From the IMG/VR virus record IMGVR_UViG_3300031673_000016: 64,000 bases of DNA. The stretch is one strand, 5' to 3'. Positions 57,373-64,000 of this stretch are shown here, in pieces. The DNA is from an uncultured virus (IMG/VR IMGVR_UViG_3300031673_000016). Lineage: Duplodnaviria; Heunggongvirae; Uroviricota; Caudoviricetes. Each line of letters opens with the position of its first letter. The stretch's first letter is position 1. The notes under the pieces were generated by a model. That model was not told the origin of the DNA. It searched no databases and saw only the letters and a program-made list of their open reading frames with translations. Made by a program: the position numbers and the translations under genes.

Positions 57373-57780
57373 ATGGTAGACTTTTCTCAGACGATTGCTG
57401 GTTATCGATTCTACGAGAGAACGATGCCGAGGATCGCGGACGCGCTCGAGCGCATCGCGGACAGGATGGCGACGGCCGAGCAGTTCACGGCGACGCTGGA
57501 GCAGACCGGCGCTCCGGTCGACGCCACGGCCGAACGCGTCGAGGAAATCGAGGCAGGGCTGCCACAGAAGGATGGCGAAGCTGAAGAAAAAAAAGAAAAG
57601 GCCGACGCCGCGAAGGCGCTTCGCAGCATGCGCATCGGCCTGCAGCGAGGAGCGGATCTCGTCCGCGCCTTCGACGAACAGGTTGTGCCAGGCGTTAGCT
57701 TGCACCAGCAGCGCGAGATCCTGGCGTTCGTCGCGTCGCTCGTCGAGCGGTACGCCGGTGACCTACGGCACGACGAGTAA
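57373..57780 (+). CDS. hypothetical protein
   Basis: FSQTIAGYRFYERTMPRIADALERIA start; 135 aa. Confidence 0.6.
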   Translation: MVDFSQTIAGYRFYERTMPRIADALERIADRMATAEQFTATLEQTGAPVDATAERVEEIEAGLPQKDGEAEEKKEKADAAKALRSMRIGLQRGADLVRAFDEQVVPGVSLHQQREILAFVASLVERYAGDLRHDE

Positions 57781-57873
57781 CGGACGGTGAAGAAAGTGTT
57801 TCCACGGTTCGCAAAGCCGGATAGTGTATCCGGTTAACGGACCGCGAACACGCAAAGGAGAACGGAGAAGAAA

Positions 57874-58137
57874 ATGGGAACCACGAACCACTTCAGAGCC
57901 AGGATCGAAATCCTCCTCAAAGCGAGGGGATGGTCCTTCCGCGAGCTTGCTCGGATGCTCGGGAAGAGTGCGCCGAGAATCCGCGACATCGTCGAGCGAG
58001 GAGATCCTAAGACGAGCACGCTGCGCGAATTCGCCGAGGCGCTCAGCGTCGCGCCGGAGGACTTGCTCGAGGAGGTGACACCGGAGGAGTACGGCGAGAA
58101 GTTCCTGCCGACCTTCCAGCAGAACGCGACGGAGTAG
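57874..58137 (+). CDS. XRE-family HTH regulator (Cro/CI-like)
   Basis: RGWSFRELARMLGKSAPRIRDIVERGDPKTSTLREFAEALSV. Confidence 0.85.
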   Translation: MGTTNHFRARIEILLKARGWSFRELARMLGKSAPRIRDIVERGDPKTSTLREFAEALSVAPEDLLEEVTPEEYGEKFLPTFQQNATE

Positions 58138-58168
58138 GCCGCAGCCATCGGCCGAGAGGAGGAAGAGG

Positions 58169-59377
58169 ATGAACGGAATCGCAAGACCGGCGGAGAGACG
58201 GACGTCGCTGATGCTGGCGACGCTCGCGAAGTGTCCGCGCAGGTACGAAATCGAGTTCGTGAACAACTATCGCCTGAAGGGGAGGAGGCCAGCGCCCTGG
58301 CCACCCAGCATAAAGTCTCTGCTGCGGGAGGCTCTCCGCGAACGAGACTTCACCACCACGAGGAATGTCGGCGCGCTTCGCACCAGGGCAGCGTCCGAGG
58401 CGATCATGAGCGTGTACTACGACGAACTCCGTACCGTCATCGGCAACGTGCCGGCGCAAGAGGCGGCGGAATTTGGAATGGTGATCGCCCAGGTCGTCGA
58501 CGAGTCGCGCCGGATCATGAGGCACTACGAGGAAGCGTACCGCGGCGACCGGCTCGTCATCGCCGTCGACAAGACCGGGGCACCGTTCGTCGACCGCATC
58601 GTCGAGCGCAAGCTCCTGGCGTCAGAAATGACCTTCGCAGAACGCGTTGACGCCATCGTTGAGATTCCTGGGCGGACAAACGAGAACGGCAAAACAGGTA
58701 AGGTGCCGGAGGTCGCCGTGCTCGTGCGGCGCTTCACGTCGAACTCGAATCCCGATGACGTCCGCTCCGACCTGGTTCACGACCTGGCGCTGCGCGGCCA
58801 GCTGTGGGCTGCGTCGCACCTGGTCGGCGATCCGGTAACGGTCGCCCTCGTCGACGTCGTCAGGACCAAGGCACCGTCGATTCCGGATACGGTCCAGTGC
58901 CGGAAGTGCGGAGGTCAAGGACGGCACGAGAAGGGACAGAAGGAAGAGGACGGAACGTGGACGCCGGCGAAGTGCGAGACGTGCGAAGGGACCGGCGTCG
59001 GAGGTATGAGCAAGCGCGCGTGCGACACGACCGAATCGGTGTGGATGGAAACGGCGCGAGCGAACGGGCTCGATGCGACCACCGAGGCAGCGCGCTGTTC
59101 GGACGTGATCGGGAAGATCAGGGCACGCGGCGAGACCTTCGCCTATCGCGTCGAGGTCGAGGTCCAGGTCGCGGAGTTGAAGGAGTGGTCGACTGATGCA
59201 GTTGCGCTCGCGTCGATTGCCGAGGTTTACGCGACGCGAAAGCACTGGCCGCGGAACCAAGACGCGTGCGTCGGACGCTCTGGTCCGTGTCCGTACAGGA
59301 AGGTGTGCAGCCACCAGGGTGACGCTGACGTCGCCTGGTTCACCAAGACGGACGAGCCCTACCCGGGACTCGCCTGA
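58169..59377 (+). CDS. PD-(D/E)XK nuclease-like (RecB/Cas4-like) protein with zinc-finger insert
   Basis: KCPRRY N-terminal Cys, WPRN..C..CPYRKVC C-terminal Cys, RVDAIV; catalytic motif looks degenerate. Confidence 0.7.
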   Translation: MNGIARPAERRTSLMLATLAKCPRRYEIEFVNNYRLKGRRPAPWPPSIKSLLREALRERDFTTTRNVGALRTRAASEAIMSVYYDELRTVIGNVPAQEAAEFGMVIAQVVDESRRIMRHYEEAYRGDRLVIAVDKTGAPFVDRIVERKLLASEMTFAERVDAIVEIPGRTNENGKTGKVPEVAVLVRRFTSNSNPDDVRSDLVHDLALRGQLWAASHLVGDPVTVALVDVVRTKAPSIPDTVQCRKCGGQGRHEKGQKEEDGTWTPAKCETCEGTGVGGMSKRACDTTESVWMETARANGLDATTEAARCSDVIGKIRARGETFAYRVEVEVQVAELKEWSTDAVALASIAEVYATRKHWPRNQDACVGRSGPCPYRKVCSHQGDADVAWFTKTDEPYPGLA

Positions 59378-59387
59378 GAGGTTTCCG

Positions 59388-59843
59388 ATGAGCGACGATC
59401 TGAAAAAGAGATTGCTTTCACACGTCCGGAAGACCGCCAACGGCTGCTGGGAGTGCAACCTCGCGAAGGTCGGAATCGGCTACGCGAAGATGACCATCAG
59501 CGGGAAGTCTTTCCGCGCGCACAGGGTCGCGTACGAGCTTTTCAAGGGTGAGATTCCGGAAGGAATGTTCATCCTGCACGACTGCGACAACCCGAGCTGC
59601 GTGAACCCAGAGCATCTGCACCTCGGGACGCAGACGGAAAACATGAGAGAGCGTTCGCAACGTGGACGCGCGCCGACGGCGGAAAAAAATCACAACACAA
59701 AACTGACGGAGGAGAAGGCGGCGAGGATCAAGAATTCGCTGCGCTCCGGTGTGGGGATACGGAAGTTGTCTCGAGAGTACGGTGTCGCGAGGAACGCGAT
59801 CAGTAACATCAGAGACGGTCGCGCCTGGGCCTACGTCGACTAA
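59388..59843 (+). CDS. HNH endonuclease (HNH_3 type) with C-terminal HTH
   Basis: GCWE..RAHRVAYE..ILHDCDNPSCVNPEHLHLGTQTENM. Confidence 0.9.
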   Translation: MSDDLKKRLLSHVRKTANGCWECNLAKVGIGYAKMTISGKSFRAHRVAYELFKGEIPEGMFILHDCDNPSCVNPEHLHLGTQTENMRERSQRGRAPTAEKNHNTKLTEEKAARIKNSLRSGVGIRKLSREYGVARNAISNIRDGRAWAYVD

Positions 59844-59853
59844 AGGAAAGAAG

Positions 59854-61077
59854 ATGAACGCGAAACAGAAGTGGCTCGAAGGACGCCAGGCCGGAGTCGG
59901 GTCGTCGGACTCCCCGGTGCTCGCGCTCGGCGAGGTCTTCAAAAAAACCCCGGTTGACGTCTACATCAGCAAGAAGCGGACGGTGAAGCCGGAAGACGCG
60001 GAAGAGAGCGACAATCCGCACCTTCGGCGTGGAAAAGTTTACGAACCGTTGGCGGCCGCGCTGTACGAGCAGCAGACCGGGATCAAGGTCTACGCTCCGG
60101 AGACCGACGAGGAGCGATTCGGTCCGTACCAGGTGTGGGATCCTGACTCGCCGATGTTCGCCGACTTCGACGGATTCTGCGAGGACGGCTGGGTGCTCGA
60201 GATCAAGAGTCCGATGCAGCGCGTGGCCGACTCGTTCAAGGCATCCGGCATTCGTGACTACTACATGATCCAGTCGCAGCACCTAGCGCACGTTGCCAAC
60301 GTCTGCCCGCTGCCGTTCCTCGGAGCCGACGCTGAGAAGTGGATCGGCAAGGTGAAGGGAACGCGCGTCGTGATCTACGAGTGCGAGAACGTCGCGCTAC
60401 AGATCGTCGAGCTACCAATCGACAAGGACATAGTCGACGCGATTCGGCGCAACGCCATCAAGTTCTGGGGCGAGAGCGTTGTGGTGAACTTGCCGCCCGC
60501 GCCGACGCGGTACGAGCAGCCGCCGGAATCGAAGGAAAAGACCAAGTCGAAGTACACGCAGATGGAGGGCGAGGCGTGGCAGCGCGCCGTCGACGCCTAC
60601 AAGCTCGCGAAGGAGCGCGAGGCTGGTGCGAAGGTCGCGATAGATTCGGCCAAGAAGATGATCATCGGCGTCCTGAAGGAAGCGAAAATCGAGGCCGTCC
60701 AGATCGGGAGGCACAAGTTCCTGAACCGCCTCGTCGCCGGTCGGAAGTCGTTCAGCAAGTCGCTCCTACAGGCCGACTTCCCGGACCTCGACCTCACGAA
60801 GTACGAGGTGCAGGGCGCGGGGTACGTCCAGTTCAACTACTACGGGCCGAAGGACAGGATGAAGGCGGAAGGCGACGACGAATCGACTATCGTCACGGTA
60901 CAGAGCGAGCTCGAAGAGTTCGCAGGAAAAGAGTGGACTATCGAGGAAGGAGTCGAGACATTCGACGAGCTCCGGTCGCGTGCTGATCTCTACGCCGCGA
61001 TGTTGGAGATGGAACTGGGCGAAGTGCGGACGGCAATCGAAGCAGCAGCCGAGGCTGTCACGCGCAAACTAGGCTGA
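59854..61077 (+). CDS. YqaJ/lambda-exonuclease family recombination nuclease
   Basis: WLEGRQAGVGSSD, GKVYEP, ADFDG..LEIK, YYMIQSQH. Confidence 0.88.
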   Translation: MNAKQKWLEGRQAGVGSSDSPVLALGEVFKKTPVDVYISKKRTVKPEDAEESDNPHLRRGKVYEPLAAALYEQQTGIKVYAPETDEERFGPYQVWDPDSPMFADFDGFCEDGWVLEIKSPMQRVADSFKASGIRDYYMIQSQHLAHVANVCPLPFLGADAEKWIGKVKGTRVVIYECENVALQIVELPIDKDIVDAIRRNAIKFWGESVVVNLPPAPTRYEQPPESKEKTKSKYTQMEGEAWQRAVDAYKLAKEREAGAKVAIDSAKKMIIGVLKEAKIEAVQIGRHKFLNRLVAGRKSFSKSLLQADFPDLDLTKYEVQGAGYVQFNYYGPKDRMKAEGDDESTIVTVQSELEEFAGKEWTIEEGVETFDELRSRADLYAAMLEMELGEVRTAIEAAAEAVTRKLG

Positions 61078-61115
61078 CGCGAAAGCGTCGAGAGGCGAGA
61101 GGAAGGAAGAGGAAC

Positions 61116-62366
61116 ATGGGAAACCCGACATACGAGAAGGTCAAGAGCTGGCTCGAGTCCGAGGGAATTCGCGAGATGATCGCGACGTCGCTCGGCAAGG
61201 CGCAGGAGGTCGACGCCTGGGTGAACGGCGCGCTCGCGTCTATCGGCGCCAACAAGGACATCCTCGACTCGAAGCCGGAGTCAATCCTCGGCGCAGTGCT
61301 CGAGGCGGCGACGCTGGGCCTCCGGTTCGAGGGCCCGCTCGGCGAGGCGTACCTCGGAACGCGGTCAAAAAAAGAAGGGAAGGACCAGAAGGGGAAAGAC
61401 ATCTGGACCTCGGAGGCCCAGGTCCAGATCGGATACCGCGGCCTAATGAAGCTGGCGCGCCGCGATCCGCGCGTCCGCAAGATCGAAGCGATCATCGTCT
61501 ACGAAAACGACACCTTCGAGCACCAGCTCGGGACGACGCCGTTCCTCAACCATACCTGGGACGTCACGAGGCCGCGCGGGAGGATGGTCGCGGTGTACGC
61601 CGGCGTCAGATACCACGACGGGTTCTACGACTTCGGACAGCCGTACTCGATGGACTCCGTGATGAAGCACAGGGACAAAATCCTCGCCGACAAGCGCATC
61701 AGGGTCGCCGTCGATGGTGACGGATTCGAGACGTTCCACAAGACCTGGGACAACAAAGAGACGCAGATGTACCCGGACCAGATCCGGCGCATCCCATGGA
61801 TCAGCTACCTCGAAGCGATGGTCCAGAAGACCGCCGTGCGCTGGTCGGCGAAGTTCTGGGACCTGACGCCGGACTTCGACCGCGCAGCGGCCCTGATCAG
61901 CCTCGACGAGTCCGGCCAGAGCCAGCAGCTCGAGGAACTCGCGAGGCGCATCCTGCCCGACGCCGTCCTGTCCAGGATACAGGAGCCTGCTATCGGAGGA
62001 ACGGCGGGCAGGAAGCCGTCCAGCGAGGCGCAGGGGGTCAGCCTGCTCAGGATGGGCAGCCTTCGCGATCAGATGCTTCGCGAGGCGGGGATTCGCAAGG
62101 CCGATGAACAGGACGGTCCGCCGACGGAAGACGGCCAGGCCCCTTCCGAGCCTGTTGTCGAGCCGACCGGCGACGAGCAGTCGACGGACGAGGCGGGCGC
62201 ACAGTCGACCGAGATGACCGACGAGGAGAAGGCCGAGGCGCTGCGCATCGAAGAGGAGGAGGCCGCCGCATTCGCTGCCGATCAGCAGCGTCTCATCGAC
62301 CAGTCCGACGTGGTCGGCGAGAACAAGGGACGAGGAGGACGGCGGGGAACGAACGGCGCGAAGTAG
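61116..62366 (+). CDS. recT: RecT-family single-strand annealing protein
   Basis: SILGAVLEAATLGL..GEAYL..QIGYRGLMKLARR..EAMVQKTAVR. Confidence 0.92.
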   Translation: MGNPTYEKVKSWLESEGIREMIATSLGKAQEVDAWVNGALASIGANKDILDSKPESILGAVLEAATLGLRFEGPLGEAYLGTRSKKEGKDQKGKDIWTSEAQVQIGYRGLMKLARRDPRVRKIEAIIVYENDTFEHQLGTTPFLNHTWDVTRPRGRMVAVYAGVRYHDGFYDFGQPYSMDSVMKHRDKILADKRIRVAVDGDGFETFHKTWDNKETQMYPDQIRRIPWISYLEAMVQKTAVRWSAKFWDLTPDFDRAAALISLDESGQSQQLEELARRILPDAVLSRIQEPAIGGTAGRKPSSEAQGVSLLRMGSLRDQMLREAGIRKADEQDGPPTEDGQAPSEPVVEPTGDEQSTDEAGAQSTEMTDEEKAEALRIEEEEAAAFAADQQRLIDQSDVVGENKGRGGRRGTNGAK

Positions 62367-62385
62367 CACCAGAACGAGGTTCACC

Positions 62386-63405
62386 ATGCGGGACTACGGG
62401 AAAATATTCACCTCGTTCTGGACGAGCGAAACGACGCGGGCACTATCCGAAGACGGGAGGACGCTCGCGCTATACCTCCTGTGCAGTCCGCACACTACGA
62501 TGATCGGCGTGTTCCGCGTTCCGGATGGCTACGTCTCAGAGGATCTCTGGTTGCCTGGATTCCCTTGGCCACCGGAGCGCGTCGCCGCCGCCTTCCAGAA
62601 CCTCGACGAGAACGGATGGGCATCGAGGAGCCAGTCCGGTTGGGTCATGATCCATCGCTACCTTGACCCGTGGAACCCCATCGACAATCCGAACCAGGCC
62701 AAGAGCGCAATCCGTTTGCTCGACGCCGTTCCTGATTCCGTCGTGGAAAAACCAGTGGTTGCGAGGACGCTCATGGCGCAGAGCATGTTCTTCAGCGAGA
62801 AGATTGGGACCGAGTTGTGGAACCGTCTCGAAGCGATGATGAAAGGGTTTCGAAAGGGTTTCGAAACCCTTTCGAAACCCTTTCGCACCCAGGAGCTAGA
62901 TCAGGAGCAGGATCAGGATCAGGAGCAGGATCAGGAGGTAGGAGGCGAGGAGGTGTCTCGGCGCGAAGCTCGCGCCTCGACCGGCCCGCTCTCGCTCGGC
63001 TTCGCCGAACCGGACACGAAGCCGGACCAGGCAGCCGGTCGCCAGCTTCCACCGAATGCTTCGCCGAAGCTACTCGCTATCGTCGAAGCGATGAAGCGTA
63101 CGGAGTTCCTCGTACCGGGGAAGGGCGAGGCGACGCTGTGGAAGAACGCGCGACGGCCCGCCGTCCTGGCGGCGAAGCTCGAAGAGTCGTGTCCGGCCGT
63201 CGACATCCCGGCCTTAATCGTGAAGCTCGCGGGGTGGACGTTCGCCAACCCGAAGCGCGCGAAGCGCGACCTCGGGCGATTCGTGTGGAACATCGCGACG
63301 AAGGAACAGGACAAGCCGAAGATCGGCGTGTCGGACGAAACGTATAGACACGGGGCGGACCTTGCTGACAAGGTGAAGGGGACGAGAAGAGGAGACGGAC
63401 GATGA
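62386..63405 (+). CDS. replication initiator protein
   Basis: YGKIFTSFW..LALYLLCSPH N-terminus; internal iteron-like repeats and EQDQ linker; upstream of DnaB. Confidence 0.8.
   Translation: MRDYGKIFTSFWTSETTRALSEDGRTLALYLLCSPHTTMIGVFRVPDGYVSEDLWLPGFPWPPERVAAAFQNLDENGWASRSQSGWVMIHRYLDPWNPIDNPNQAKSAIRLLDAVPDSVVEKPVVARTLMAQSMFFSEKIGTELWNRLEAMMKGFRKGFETLSKPFRTQELDQEQDQDQEQDQEVGGEEVSRREARASTGPLSLGFAEPDTKPDQAAGRQLPPNASPKLLAIVEAMKRTEFLVPGKGEATLWKNARRPAVLAAKLEESCPAVDIPALIVKLAGWTFANPKRAKRDLGRFVWNIATKEQDKPKIGVSDETYRHGADLADKVKGTRRGDGR
62841..62884. repeat. 44-bp perfect palindrome of four 11-mers; putative replication origin
   Basis: GAAAGGGTTTC x2 followed by its reverse complement GAAACCCTTTC x2. 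Confidence 0.8.
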
Positions 63406-64000
63406 TGAACGAGGGCCGCATCCCGCCGTACGATGCAGAGGCAGAGAAGGCGTGTCTCGGGGCTATCCTGCTTGACAACCGTGCGCTGCAGATCATGCGC
63501 TCGGTGCTTGAAGGTCCGAACGAGTTCTACATCGAGGCGAATCGCAGGATCTACTGCGGGATGGTCGCGCTCGCAGGTCGTGGCGAAGCCGTCGACCACG
63601 TCACACTAGGGAACTTTCTCAATGACAGCGGAGACCTCGAAAAAATCGGCGGCGCGATAGCACTCAATGGTCTGACCGAAGCGGTTGCTACCATCGCGAA
63701 CGTCGAGCACTACGCCAGGATCGTTCGGAACCACGCGGCGGTTCGCAGGATGATTTACGCCGCGCAGCAGGTCGTTGTTGACGGGTTCGGAGGGGTAGGA
63801 GACGTGCCGGAGTTCCTGGCCGCGGCGCGGAAGTCAGTGACGATGGCGTCGGCTATCAGCGGGGTAGGGGGTCCGGTGTCCATCGCCGAAAACCTCGGGG
63901 ATCTTTTTATCGAGTTAGAGTCGGGGAAGATGCCGCCCGGCCTGGTCAGGACGGGGATCAACAACATCGACGACTTGACCGGGGGGCTGTGGCCTGGACT
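63402..64000 (+). CDS. dnaB: replicative DNA helicase, N-terminal part (runs off the window)
   Basis: Translated by hand: IPPYDAEAEKACLGAILLDN..FYIEANRRIY..VDHVTL..ANVEHYARIV..TGINNIDDLTGGL. Confidence 0.93.
   Translation, partial: MMNEGRIPPYDAEAEKACLGAILLDNRALQIMRSVLEGPNEFYIEANRRIYCGMVALAGRGEAVDHVTLGNFLNDSGDLEKIGGAIALNGLTEAVATIANVEHYARIVRNHAAVRRMIYAAQQVVVDGFGGVGDVPEFLAAARKSVTMASAISGVGGPVSIAENLGDLFIELESGKMPPGLVRTGINNIDDLTGGLWPG

Noticed and set aside
1..64000. Very frequent GTCGAC/TCGA words as a special signal; alternative genetic code
   Set aside because: Explained by GTC/GAC/ATC/GAG codon preference; known phage genes are full length in the standard code and use all three stops

Overview
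The window is one continuous segment of a large, GC-rich tailed phage (or prophage) with a contractile (myovirus-type) tail; almost every gene is on the + strand. Order: 3' part of a tmRNA gene (1-240); small regulator and probable terminase small subunit; a DNA-modification block (radical SAM enzyme, ParB-like protein, unusual C5 cytosine methyltransferase); terminase large subunit; portal; a long MuF head protein with a C-terminal HExxH domain; prohead protease, scaffold and major capsid; neck; sheath, tube, chaperone and tape measure; baseplate; an inverted HNH endonuclease gene; two tail fibres; an early region with three homologous AT-rich promoters driving small ORFs and a MoxR AAA+/VWA module; then XRE regulator, PD-(D/E)XK-like protein, HNH, YqaJ, RecT, a replication initiator containing a 44-bp palindrome, and a DnaB helicase cut off by the window end. 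I saw no integrase, endolysin, CRISPR array or reverse transcriptase. The most unusual items are (1) a methyltransferase whose single catalytic core is flanked by two different TRD+motif IX/X modules, (2) a MuF metallopeptidase toxin/immunity-like pair, (3) a prohead protease apparently split across two genes, (4) a tmRNA that appears phage-borne, and (5) the early MoxR/VWA module with repeated promoter cassettes. All protein calls come from motifs read by eye plus gene order; no database searches were run.
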